Part shown: in pieces, positions 1-8,979 of the stretch
Layout: every line of letters begins with the position of its first letter
Position numbering within the stretch: position 1 is the first letter of the stretch
From: Minisyncoccota bacterium
GTDB taxonomy: Bacteria; Patescibacteriota; Minisyncoccia; Phycocordibacterales; DATDWN01
Reading direction: 5' to 3'
DNA length: 38,291 nucleotides
NCBI GenBank assembly: GCA_025450615.1
Contig: JANWHC010000028.1
Coordinates: 1 to 38,291, forward strand
Notes under the pieces: generated by a model
Told to the model about the DNA's origin: nothing
Database searches by the model: none
The model's input: only the letters and a program-made list of their open reading frames with translations
Program-made: the position numbers and the translations under genes

Positions 1-282
1 CTCGGGGATTTTCTTGCTGATGAAAAAATACTTTCACCTGATCAAGAATCTTCTCGAAGAATTATCGGTGACCAGGTTCGAGAAATTCTTAACGATCTTC
101 CGGAGAAAGAAAGAAAAATTCTAGAACTTCGCCATGGACTTGTAGATGGTGTCACTCACACTTTGGAAGAAGTAGGGAAGGAGTTCGGAGTTACTCGAGA
201 ACGTATAAGGCAGATCGAGGCCAAGGCACATGAGAAAATCCGTCAGCATGACAAAATAAATAGATTGAGGAATTACTTTTAA
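1..282 (+). CDS. rpoD: RNA polymerase primary sigma factor, C-terminal part (5' truncated by window)
   Basis: Frame 1 reads LGDFLADE...LPEKERKILELRHGLVDGVTHTLEEVGKEFGVTRERIRQIEAKA (sigma70 region 4); stop TAA 280-282. Confidence 0.95.
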   Translation, partial: LGDFLADEKILSPDQESSRRIIGDQVREILNDLPEKERKILELRHGLVDGVTHTLEEVGKEFGVTRERIRQIEAKAHEKIRQHDKINRLRNYF

Positions 283-321
283 AAAGAATTTTTGTGGTAA
301 GATAAGTCCGGAGGCATTTTG

Positions 322-510
322 ATGGAAGGTCTGGCTTGCCCTAAATGTGGGGGTATTCTCGTCTGGTGGGATGTTGCTGGTGATTTTGTCTGTAAACTCG
401 GACACCTTTTCTGGACAAACCAAACAGAGGAAACCAAATCTGCTCAAGATCGACTCAGTAAAGAATATGAATCGACCGTTTCTTTACTGTCAGTTCTACG
501 TAAGGCGTAG
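322..510 (+). CDS. Small Zn-ribbon protein (62 aa), ORFan-like
   Basis: CPKC...CKLGH motif; GGAGG SD before ATG 322; TGTGG-TAAGAT extended -10 at 293-303; terminator directly after stop. Confidence 0.7.
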   Translation: MEGLACPKCGGILVWWDVAGDFVCKLGHLFWTNQTEETKSAQDRLSKEYESTVSLLSVLRKA

Positions 511-557
511 GTCTTGTACGGGCGGGGTTTATGGCCCTGCCCCAGCAAGGCTTTTTT
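511..557 (+). terminator. Intrinsic terminator
   Basis: GTCTTG..GGGCGGGG/GCCCTGCCC..CAAGGC bulged stem followed by TTTTTT. Confidence 0.75.
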
Positions 558-585
558 CGTATCTAAAACATGATATTCTAGGGTT

Positions 586-3516
586 ATGTCGACTATCTTT
601 GACCAAATATTTGAACAGCGATATAAGTCACTAAACAAGGAGCAAAAGGAGGCTGTGGACCACATAGAAGGTCCAGTACTTGTTGTCGCTGGACCCGGAA
701 CGGGAAAAACTACAATTCTAACCTTGCGTATTGCCAATATTTTAAAAAAGACAGACACGCCACCACATGGAATTTTAGCTATAACTTATACTGATGCTGG
801 TGTGAAAGCGATGCGAGAAAAATTACGGGAAGTTATCGGTAATGAGTCTCACGATGTTTATATAAATACTTTCCATGGTTTTGCTTCGAGTATGATTTCA
901 GAATATCAGGATCATTTCTTACGAATTGGGGATTTTCGCCAAATGACAGATGTAGAACAAGAAGGAATGATAAGAGATATAATCTCACGAGCTCAATTTT
1001 CTGAATTAAGACCTCTTGGCAGACCAGATGCTTACGTGACTTCAATAGTAAAAACAATCTCGGAAGCTAAAAGAGATGCCATAACACCTCATTTAGTTCG
1101 AGAAAATGTAAAAAAACAAATTAAAAATATAAAAGCTGACGAGGGAAATATTTCAACTCGTGGAGCAACAAAAGGGCAGCTAAAAGCAGAAGCTTTGGAT
1201 CGTTTGGAAAAACTGGACAAAACAATGCTTTTTGCAGACGTGTACGAGGATTACGAAGAAAAAAAGAAAGCTCAAAAGCTTAGGGACTACGATGATCTCA
1301 TTATTGAACTTTTAGTAACTATGAAGGAAGATAAGTTATTACTTAGACTTATCCAAGAACGTTTTCTGTATGTTTTGGTAGACGAACACCAAGACACCAA
1401 CGATTCTCAGAATTACATAATAAGTTTGATTGCAGAATTTTTCGAGACTCCAAATGTTTTTATTGTTGGAGATGAAAAGCAGGCAGTGTATCGTTTTCAA
1501 GGTGCTTCTGTGGAAAATTTTCTTCTTTTACAAAAGAAATGGCCAAAGATGAAAGTTATCAGTCTCAATACGAATTATCGCTCGCATCAAGACATACTAG
1601 ACGCTACTTTCCAGATGATAGAAAACAACTATAATCCTGGAGAATATTTAGATCTTCGTGTCGAACTAAAATCTGGAAACAAAAAAGATAAGCAACCACT
1701 TGAAATAATCGCCGGAGAAAACACATTGGCAATCGAAAAATATTTAACCGAAGAGCTTATAAAAATTCAGAAAAAAGAACCAGAAGCAACTGTCGCAATT
1801 ATTACTAGAAGAAACAGGGAACTAGAGAGAGTTTTACGTGTTTTAGAGTCGAACAACATTCCTGTTTCATCAGAGAGAAGTGTTGATATCTTTCATCATC
1901 CCGCAGGAATGGTATTTTTTGATTTGATTGAATATGTTACTGATATTTCAAAAATTGACTGCTTAGCTAGAACAATAATTTCTGGAATGTGGGGACTTTC
2001 CTTTACGCAGTCAGTGGAGATGGTCAGAGCTTTGAAGGGTGGAAAAATTTCTGATATCGAGACTATTTTGCCAGCCCTATCAGAAATTAGAAATAAAATG
2101 TTTTCTGACGGTGCTGTAGGAAGTATAGTTTATATTGCAGAGATTTCTGGATTTACTGCACTAGTAGCTCGCGACCCAGCATATGTTCATGTCTGGCGAG
2201 GAATAGTTACTTTGGCTGAATCGCTTTCACGTACTAATCTTATAGATAACCCTACACTTCTTATAAAGGCCATGCTTGAGTATAGGCAATCTGCGGAGTC
2301 TAAACCGGTTAAGGTTTCTGTTGGTGCGCCGGATTTCCAGATTAGGGCTATGACAGCACATGGGTCAAAAGGTCTTGAGTTCGACTTTGTTTTTATGCCG
2401 TACGCTAACGAAGAAGCTTGGGTGGGCAAACCACATGGTTCATCTTTCATTTTGCTTGAAAAGAATGGAAGCTTGCATGATGTAAAAGATATACGAAGGC
2501 TTTTTTATGTCGCTATTACTCGAGCGAGAAAACATGCAGTAATCCTTTACTCTACCCAAGAATCTGACGGAAAGACCCTGACTCCTTTAAGATTTATAAA
2601 TGAGCTTAAAGAAAAAAGTATTTCTCTTAAATCTTTAAAAAGATCAGATCTTTCGCTTGAAATCAATAAAAATACGAAGGAGAAGGAAAGTTCTACTCTT
2701 TTAGTAAATGAAGCAAAAAAAGTTTTAATTGAAAGCGGTCTTTCTGTTACTGCCCTAAACCACTTTTTAGAATGCCCTAGTAAATTTTTGTATGAAAGTG
2801 TTTTGAAATTACCACAAGCGCCAAGTGTTTCAGCTGAGAAAGGAAATGCTATGCATCAAGCTCTGTCTAATGTGTGGGTTAAAAAAGCTCGCGTGTCAAA
2901 AGAAATAGAAAATATTATAAGTGGGACAGTAAAGGAGTATATCGACAAAACTCTCTTATCTCCGGAAGACAAAACTGCTCTAAAAAAAGAACTTACAGAA
3001 AATTCTCCAGTTGTAGCCAAGGCTCTAACTCCACATTTTGATACAAAAGGTACAGTTTCAACTGAAAGATGGGTCGAAGCTAATTTTCCTGCTGAGTACA
3101 AAAAAGAAAAGATAAACATTCGTCTCCACGGAAAACTTGATTCTATGATAGACAACGGAAACACAGTTGAGGTTTTTGATTATAAAACCAGAAAAGCCAT
3201 GACTGTAGCTGCAATAAAAGGTGAGACAAAAAATGATGATGGGGGTTATTTCCGTCAGTTAGTTTTTTATACATTACTTTTACAAAACGATTCTTGGTGG
3301 AGGAGCAAAAAAAGTACCACTTCCTTAGTTTTTGTTACTCCGGACGAAAAAGGCAGATGTCCAATAATAACCTTACCAGTTGAAAATAGCGATGTTATAA
3401 ATCTGAAAGCAGAAATACAATCTGTTGTAGATAGCGTTTGGAGTCAGGAAATAACTACTTCTTACTGTGAGGATAAAGACTGCAAGTATTGTGCTTATCG
3501 TATGCTTATAAATTAG
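586..3516 (+). CDS. UvrD/PcrA-family helicase fused to C-terminal PD-(D/E)XK nuclease (AdnAB/AddAB-like)
   Basis: AGPGTGKT, DEHQD, GDEKQAVYRFQGA, TAHGSKGLEF, YVAITRA; C-terminal GKLD..VFDYKT..YFRQLVFY; Cys in ECP and C-terminal C..CxxC. Confidence 0.92.
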   Translation: MSTIFDQIFEQRYKSLNKEQKEAVDHIEGPVLVVAGPGTGKTTILTLRIANILKKTDTPPHGILAITYTDAGVKAMREKLREVIGNESHDVYINTFHGFASSMISEYQDHFLRIGDFRQMTDVEQEGMIRDIISRAQFSELRPLGRPDAYVTSIVKTISEAKRDAITPHLVRENVKKQIKNIKADEGNISTRGATKGQLKAEALDRLEKLDKTMLFADVYEDYEEKKKAQKLRDYDDLIIELLVTMKEDKLLLRLIQERFLYVLVDEHQDTNDSQNYIISLIAEFFETPNVFIVGDEKQAVYRFQGASVENFLLLQKKWPKMKVISLNTNYRSHQDILDATFQMIENNYNPGEYLDLRVELKSGNKKDKQPLEIIAGENTLAIEKYLTEELIKIQKKEPEATVAIITRRNRELERVLRVLESNNIPVSSERSVDIFHHPAGMVFFDLIEYVTDISKIDCLARTIISGMWGLSFTQSVEMVRALKGGKISDIETILPALSEIRNKMFSDGAVGSIVYIAEISGFTALVARDPAYVHVWRGIVTLAESLSRTNLIDNPTLLIKAMLEYRQSAESKPVKVSVGAPDFQIRAMTAHGSKGLEFDFVFMPYANEEAWVGKPHGSSFILLEKNGSLHDVKDIRRLFYVAITRARKHAVILYSTQESDGKTLTPLRFINELKEKSISLKSLKRSDLSLEINKNTKEKESSTLLVNEAKKVLIESGLSVTALNHFLECPSKFLYESVLKLPQAPSVSAEKGNAMHQALSNVWVKKARVSKEIENIISGTVKEYIDKTLLSPEDKTALKKELTENSPVVAKALTPHFDTKGTVSTERWVEANFPAEYKKEKINIRLHGKLDSMIDNGNTVEVFDYKTRKAMTVAAIKGETKNDDGGYFRQLVFYTLLLQNDSWWRSKKSTTSLVFVTPDEKGRCPIITLPVENSDVINLKAEIQSVVDSVWSQEITTSYCEDKDCKYCAYRMLIN

Positions 3517-4226
3517 TTTAACAATGCATCTAACACAGCTTTAAGATTCTCATAAGGCTGCGCTCCACTAAATACAGTTTTTGTTCCGTCTTTAGTAATA
3601 AGTATGGAGTTAGGTGTTCCTCTAGCGCCTGAGTTTACAGCATCTGTGTAGTCAGCTTTGACTTTGTCTTCATATCGACCCTCTGTTAGACATTTATTAA
3701 ATGCTGTTACATCAACACCGACTTGTCCGGCTAGTTTAGGAAGTTGTGCTGGATCTAGTGAGTTGTTTGAGTTTGTCGTTGCGTAGATCAAATCCAAGTA
3801 TTGCCAGAATTTTTCTGATCCACCAAGCTCGTTTACACACTCTGTTGCCTCAGCTTCCTTTTGAGCTTTTGGGTGGAGGCTGTCGATAGGGAAATGTCGG
3901 TAAACCCAAGCCACTTTTCCTGAACTACCGTATTCGTTTATTACTCGGTGTAAAGTTGTGTGAAATTGCTTACAGTATGGGCATTCTGTATCGGAATACT
4001 CTACAATGATTACCTCTGCATTTGGATTGCCCAAGATATGGTCTTCTGCTCCTAGTTGCCTCATATTTACTGCTAAAGCAGTAGGCTGGTTGCCAGTAAC
4101 CGGCTCATTATTCATCTTTGTATTTGAGTAATACAAAGATACTGCAACAAGTGCTCCGGCCAAGACGATAGCTATAGGCACAGATAGTTTTTCCAAGGCG
4201 CTTTTTTGTGGTGTTGTGGGTTCCAA
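3513..4226 (-). CDS. dsbA: DsbA/BdbD-family thiol-disulfide oxidoreductase, N-terminal membrane anchor
   Basis: EYSDTECPYC, YRHFPI, GTP cis-Pro loop; TTG start. Confidence 0.88.
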   Translation of the reverse strand: MEPTTPQKSALEKLSVPIAIVLAGALVAVSLYYSNTKMNNEPVTGNQPTALAVNMRQLGAEDHILGNPNAEVIIVEYSDTECPYCKQFHTTLHRVINEYGSSGKVAWVYRHFPIDSLHPKAQKEAEATECVNELGGSEKFWQYLDLIYATTNSNNSLDPAQLPKLAGQVGVDVTAFNKCLTEGRYEDKVKADYTDAVNSGARGTPNSILITKDGTKTVFSGAQPYENLKAVLDALLN

Positions 4227-4273
4227 TTTGTTTAAATTAAATGCTAAATAAACTTATGCTATGATTCTACTAT

Positions 4274-5074
4274 ATGAGTCACTTAGTCGCAATTATACTC
4301 GGCTTTGTCGAAGGAGCAACAGAATTCATACCCGTCTCTTCTACTGGCCATCTTATTATTGTTAGGCAAATTTTTGGCGAAAACAACCTAGGCGGTTTGG
4401 CTTTCGATGCGATTTTACAAATGGCTACCACCTTTTCTCTAATCGCTTATTTCTGGAAGGATATTTTTGGGCTTATCGTGACTTTTTTAAATCTAATATC
4501 TAAAAGATCTTTATACCAGTCTGAAAGAACAAAACTTTACGCGATAGTTTTAGGTACAATTCCCGCAGTAATTTTTGGAATTCTTTTAGAAACTTACATG
4601 GATACGGTTTTTCGTAATGTTCAGTTGGTAGCAATAACTTTAATTTTAGGGAGTATTTTATTTTGGTTTGCGGAAAAGTTCGGTAAAGGAGATAAAATTC
4701 TCTCGATAGGGAGGGGAGTCATGATTGGCTTTTTCCAGTGTTTAGCACTAATTCCCGGTATTTCAAGATCTGGGGCAACTATTTCCGGAGGATTACTTTT
4801 GGGACTAGAGAAAGACGAAGCTGTCAGGTTTAGTTTTCTTTTATCAATCCCTGTTTTACTTGGTGCAGGTCTAAAAAAACTTTTTGAAGTTAGGAGTGAA
4901 ATTTTTACAACAGACTTTGGTTCAGCACTACTTTTAGGTTCTATTGTAGCTTTTGTGGTAGGTCTACTTTCTATAAACTTTCTTGTTAAATATTTAAGAA
5001 ACCATAGTTTAAAAGTTTTCATTTGGTACAGAATAGCCTTGGCCTTCATTATCCTAATTGCAGTTGGTTTTTAG
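4274..5074 (+). CDS. uppP: Undecaprenyl-diphosphatase
   Basis: EGATEFIPVSSTGH and PGISRSG BacA motifs, multiple TM helices. Confidence 0.96.
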   Translation: MSHLVAIILGFVEGATEFIPVSSTGHLIIVRQIFGENNLGGLAFDAILQMATTFSLIAYFWKDIFGLIVTFLNLISKRSLYQSERTKLYAIVLGTIPAVIFGILLETYMDTVFRNVQLVAITLILGSILFWFAEKFGKGDKILSIGRGVMIGFFQCLALIPGISRSGATISGGLLLGLEKDEAVRFSFLLSIPVLLGAGLKKLFEVRSEIFTTDFGSALLLGSIVAFVVGLLSINFLVKYLRNHSLKVFIWYRIALAFIILIAVGF

Positions 5075-5090
5075 TTTGTTATTATTAATT

Positions 5091-5199
5091 ATGGAGGTGA
5101 CGATCGTACATTCTTAACCATAACCAGTAGATCAGCCGTTTCCATCGTCCAAGATAACTCTACCCTGAGGAGGGCCAACTCTCCTCAGGGTTTAATTTT
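5091..5199 (+). ncRNA. Candidate small structured RNA (~105 nt)
   Basis: TTGCAG-16-TATTAT promoter (5058-5085); 5' stem ATGGAGGTG..GATC/GATC..CGTTTCCAT; 13-bp terminator stem 5162-5191 plus T-rich tail; only an 8-aa ORF. Confidence 0.5.
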
Positions 5200-5318
5200 G
5201 TCTAAAATATCCTTATTTTAAGCCATGTTTTAGGTAGAGTTTGACAGTTGACAGAAAATATGCGGATATGCTAAGGTATAAGGGTACTCGATCGACAACC
5301 CTTTTCAAAGGAGTCACG

Positions 5319-5372
5319 ATGAGGCGTTCCTTCCTGATGGGCCAGATGGCCAAATATTTCGTTTCCGACTGA
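5319..5372 (+). CDS. Candidate 17-aa peptide MRRSFLMGQMAKYFVSD in a small transcript
   Basis: AAGGAG SD upstream; TTGACA(5248)-18-TAAGGT promoter; GC-rich hairpins and terminator downstream. Confidence 0.4.
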   Translation: MRRSFLMGQMAKYFVSD

Positions 5373-5429
5373 CGTCGCCGCCGGCCAGCCCGCGGTTCGG
5401 CCCAGCAGATGCTGGCGCCGCGAGCTGCC

Positions 5430-5465
5430 AAAGGCCCAGGGAGTAATCCCCGGGCCTTTTCTTTT
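5430..5465. terminator. Intrinsic terminator, probably bidirectional
   Basis: AAAGGCCC-AGGGA-GTAA-TCCC-CGGGCCTTT followed by T tract; convergent gene ends at 5468. Confidence 0.8.
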
Positions 5466-5467
5466 AT

Positions 5468-6049
5468 TTAGACAAGACTTTGAGTTTTAACTTCAGCAGT
5501 CGGTTCCCAATGCCTCGTATCAAGTTTTACTTCTTTCATAAAAGGTCCTTCTTTGTAGATAAGTTTCTTATTTTTCATAGCGTATTCGTAAACGTCCTTG
5601 GTAATTTTCACATCATCTAAACAGTATTTTTTTATTTTTTCAATTTCACCTTCCCGCCACCACTTCACAGCGTCTAAACCATCACCACTTTTGTTTATTC
5701 CAAAAGTGCCGACTGCAATATTGTCTAGCTTTAACCATTTTCCAGAAGTGTTTTTTATTTCTTTAAAAACATCGAGCGAACGAATATCCTTCAAATCCCC
5801 AAGTCCTGCTTTTTTGTAATATTTGTTTAAAAGTGGAATATCAAAGTATTCACCGTTGAAAGTTATAAGTAAGTCTGCCTTTTTTATAAACTCCCACATT
5901 TTAGGGAACTCTTCTTCGAGAAAGGTATGGTATTTGTCAGTTTCGTAGTCGTAAAGTCCAACTAGTGAGATATCTAAATCAATCGGGTCTCTTGATCCAA
6001 CATCTTGGAAAATATTTTTTGTCTCAATATCAAATACAACCTTTTTCAT
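5468..6049 (-). CDS. DEDD/RNase H-like 3'-5' exonuclease (YprB-like)
   Basis: VFDIET, TFNGEYFDIP, KYCLDDV exonuclease motifs. Confidence 0.85.
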   Translation of the reverse strand: MKKVVFDIETKNIFQDVGSRDPIDLDISLVGLYDYETDKYHTFLEEEFPKMWEFIKKADLLITFNGEYFDIPLLNKYYKKAGLGDLKDIRSLDVFKEIKNTSGKWLKLDNIAVGTFGINKSGDGLDAVKWWREGEIEKIKKYCLDDVKITKDVYEYAMKNKKLIYKEGPFMKEVKLDTRHWEPTAEVKTQSLV

Positions 6050-6074
6050 ACAGCCAGTATAACAGTAGATTTTG

Positions 6075-6425
6075 TAGTCGCAAAGTTTTTTCTCACTGTA
6101 AATTTTCAGAGCACGTATAAAAATTCCGGCGAATTTTTATACTCTTGTCCTCACCCCAAAGCATGGCTCCGTCAAGAACGGGTGCCTTGACGGAGCCATG
6201 CTTTGGGGTTGCGGAGTCTCTGAAAATTTACTGTTCAACAAACTTTGCATAACTAGTTTTTGTCGAATTAAGATTTTTGGAAGACCGTGCAGGCCTTGAG
6301 CACGGTTTTGTCAAAGTCCGAACGAAGTGAGGTTCATTGACAAATCAAGGCCGAGCACAAAGAGAGCGGCGCGCCGGTGCAAGCGAACGGTCTGGAAAAA
6401 AGCTTAATGAGTAAGAAAACTAGTT
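6075..6425. repeat. Nested palindromic intergenic element (REP/MITE-like or structured RNA)
   Basis: Perfect 24-bp stem 6153-6176/6186-6209 nested in GTAAATTTTCAGAG/CTCTGAAAATTTAC and GCAAAGTTT/AAACTTTGC; second domain bounded by AACTAGTTTT/AAAACTAGTT. Confidence 0.8.
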
Positions 6426-7714
6426 TATCCAACCACTTCCACAATCTCCTCTAGTTTCACTTTCTTTTCTTCTCCAGTTTCTAGGTTTTTCAAGGGATAG
6501 ATTTCAGTTTTAACTTCGTTTTCGCCAACAACAAGAGTAAAAGGTACACCATGTTTACTAGCAGTTTTTATCTGGTCACCAACTTTTTTACCAGTGAAAT
6601 CAACTTCAACATTTATACCTTGCTCACGTAGTTTCATTGCGATTGAGTTTGACTCATCGATAAAATCAGAAGATAGTGAACAAATATAAACTTTTGTTTT
6701 TGGAGTATATTTTGGTATAAGTTCGTGAGACATTAAGAAATCTTTTAAAGTTACATCTCCAGCGCCAAAACCAAAAGCTGGAATTTTTCTTGCGCCAAAA
6801 ATATCAAGTAAGTCATCATATCGTCCACCACCATATACAGAGCGGTTGTTATCTGGATGAACATCAAAAACTTCGAAAACTACTCCGGTGTAATAGTCAA
6901 AGCCTCGCATTAAAGTTGGATCAAAGGCCACATTTTTAACTCCATTTTTCTCAAGTTTATCTATGAGGTCGATTAATTCTTTTGAATGTTTATTTTCTCC
7001 CAAATGGTCTAGGAGTTTATCATTGGACTCAAGCAGGAAAGCGAATTCTACAGATTTTTCACCCATGATTTCAAAAAGACTTGCTTCAAATGTTGATTTG
7101 GAAATTTTATCTTTCTTATCTATTATTTTTGAAACTTTGTGAGAATTTTCCTCATCTAACCCAAATTTTTCATATAATACGTTTACAAGCTTTCGATCAT
7201 TTATTTTTATTATGAAATCAGAATCTTTTGCGCCAAAAGCTTTCATGATTCCATAGGCGATCGTGATTACTTCTACATCGGCCTCATTTGAATTAACCCC
7301 AAAAATATCTACGTTTAACTGCCAGTGTTCTCGAAGTCTTCCTCGTTGAGGTTTTTCATATCTAAAAAGATTAGGAATGGAATACCAACGCAATGGAAAA
7401 GCCAAGGTTTTTTCTCTAGCTGCAACAAGACGCGCGACTGTCGGAGTCATCTCTGGTCGCAAAGTGACTTCACGATCTCCACGATCTGTAAAAGTATATG
7501 TTTGTTCGTTTACTATTTCCTCGCCAGATTTTGCTTTGTATAATTCAGCAGATTCTAAAACTGATGCAGTATATTCAGAATATCCAAAGCTTTCAACAAC
7601 CCTCCTCCATGTATCAAAAATATGGTTTTGGACGAATAGGTCTTCTGGATAAAAATCCCGTACACCCTTATAAGATTCGGTGCTGATTTTTATTTCTGGT
7701 TTCTCTTTTGCCAT
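6425..7714 (-). CDS. hisS: Histidine--tRNA ligase
   Basis: KGVRDF, LRPEMT, FRYEKPQRGRLREHWQ, RGFDYYTG, GGGRYD. Confidence 0.97.
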   Translation of the reverse strand: MAKEKPEIKISTESYKGVRDFYPEDLFVQNHIFDTWRRVVESFGYSEYTASVLESAELYKAKSGEEIVNEQTYTFTDRGDREVTLRPEMTPTVARLVAAREKTLAFPLRWYSIPNLFRYEKPQRGRLREHWQLNVDIFGVNSNEADVEVITIAYGIMKAFGAKDSDFIIKINDRKLVNVLYEKFGLDEENSHKVSKIIDKKDKISKSTFEASLFEIMGEKSVEFAFLLESNDKLLDHLGENKHSKELIDLIDKLEKNGVKNVAFDPTLMRGFDYYTGVVFEVFDVHPDNNRSVYGGGRYDDLLDIFGARKIPAFGFGAGDVTLKDFLMSHELIPKYTPKTKVYICSLSSDFIDESNSIAMKLREQGINVEVDFTGKKVGDQIKTASKHGVPFTLVVGENEVKTEIYPLKNLETGEEKKVKLEEIVEVVG

Positions 7715-7740
7715 AATATAGGTTATTGTAACAATATTAT

Positions 7741-8499
7741 ATGGAAAAAAGAAGCGATTTACACCTAATAAACAAAGAAATTGGAGAAACTCCGAATGAG
7801 GCTATTTTGCGTTTAAAGGAAGGCAATCCTGAATACAAAAATGTGACCATGACATATGCTGGTAGACTTGATCCTATGGCAGAGGGCTTGCTTTTGATTT
7901 TGTCTGGCGAAAATTTAAAAGTAAAAGAAAAATTTCTACATTTACCAAAGACTTACGAGTTTGAAGTTTTGTGGGGATTTGAAACTGATACACTGGATCT
8001 TTTAGGAAAAGTTTTAAAGACAGAAAATATTTCTATTTCAGAAAAGGAAATGAAAGGGGCAATAAATGATTCTCTTGGAAAGTTTATTCAGACTTATCCA
8101 GCCTATTCTTCAAAGCCAGTTTCAGGAAAAGCACTTTTCCGTTGGGCTAGAGAGGGAAGACTTGATCAAATTGAAATACCGACTCATGAAGTTGAAATTT
8201 TTGATATCGAATTTGTTGAAAGACGAATTGTAGGAAAAGATGAGCTTTTGAAGACTATTTTAAAGAAAATAAGTCTTGTTTCAGGAGATTTTAGACAAGA
8301 TGAGATTAAAGAGAAATGGAAAGATGTTTTCAGTAACACAGAAAGCTCGGATTTTACAATAGATAAAATCAAGGTTTCTGTTTCAAGTGGTTTCTACGTC
8401 AGGCAGTTTGTTTCAGATTTGGCCCACAAGCTAAAAATTTCTGGAGTAACTTTTTCTATAAATAGAATAAAAGTTGGGGATTACACTTTGCAAAATTAA
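7741..8499 (+). CDS. truB: tRNA pseudouridine(55) synthase TruB-like
   Basis: YAGRLDPMAEGLL, ETDTLDLLG, YPAYSS, SSGFYVR. Confidence 0.88.
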   Translation: MEKRSDLHLINKEIGETPNEAILRLKEGNPEYKNVTMTYAGRLDPMAEGLLLILSGENLKVKEKFLHLPKTYEFEVLWGFETDTLDLLGKVLKTENISISEKEMKGAINDSLGKFIQTYPAYSSKPVSGKALFRWAREGRLDQIEIPTHEVEIFDIEFVERRIVGKDELLKTILKKISLVSGDFRQDEIKEKWKDVFSNTESSDFTIDKIKVSVSSGFYVRQFVSDLAHKLKISGVTFSINRIKVGDYTLQN

Positions 8500-8527
8500 A
8501 TATTTTGTGGTTTTATTAAATATGGAA
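8488..8527 (+). promoter_or_regulatory. Promoter of first HTH unit
   Basis: TTGCAA-17-(TGG)TTTTAT-TAAAT-ATGGA; same layout at 8921 and 9389. Confidence 0.55.
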
Positions 8528-8573
8528 TTGGAGCGTATTTCAATACGAGCAATATGTGAAAAGGAGAGTGCCG

Positions 8574-8858
8574 ATGTTGAGCTCACTTACATCTGCTGAG
8601 CAGGAGGCCATCGAGAATCTGTCTCGAGTTGTCAAAAGTGGCGCTGTGCACTTTGGCGGGAAGAGCAACTTGGCTTCCAGAGCCGGAGTTAGCAAGGAAG
8701 TCGTTCGTGGCATCATCGAACGCAGGGCCAAGGAACTTCGTCGTGAAGAACTCGAGTGCGTGATCGCAGCAATGGAGAAACCTCTGGCTCACGCACTTTT
8801 GGAGAAGTTGTTCGAGTATGTCCGAGTTCTCCATCCCAACGAAGGAGCTTCAAACTAG
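8574..8858 (+). CDS. XRE/Cro-like HTH protein (94 aa)
   Basis: KSNLASRAGVSKEVVRGII HTH pattern; AAGGAG SD before ATG 8574; hairpin after stop. Confidence 0.65.
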   Translation: MLSSLTSAEQEAIENLSRVVKSGAVHFGGKSNLASRAGVSKEVVRGIIERRAKELRREELECVIAAMEKPLAHALLEKLFEYVRVLHPNEGASN

Positions 8859-8865
8859 TTTTTTC

Positions 8866-8916
8866 GAAGACTCTCGATTTTGGCTTAAACCCCAGCCAAC
8901 GTCGAGAGTCTTCTTC
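8866..8916 (+). terminator. Long bulged hairpin/terminator
   Basis: GAAGACTCTCGA..TTGGCT/AGCCAA..TCGAGAGTCTTC; weak T tail. Confidence 0.7.
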
Positions 8917-8979
8917 GTTATTGCAAAATTTATAGGTTTTTGCTTAAATTAAAAATGGAGTAATAAACCTAGGAGGGTT

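Noticed and set aside
5213..5431. 72-aa minus-strand ORF
   Set aside because: Non-ATG start, no initiation signals; promoter, SD and terminator all point to the plus strand.
6005..6190. 61-aa plus-strand ORF
   Set aside because: Overlaps the exonuclease start and the palindromic element; no coding features.
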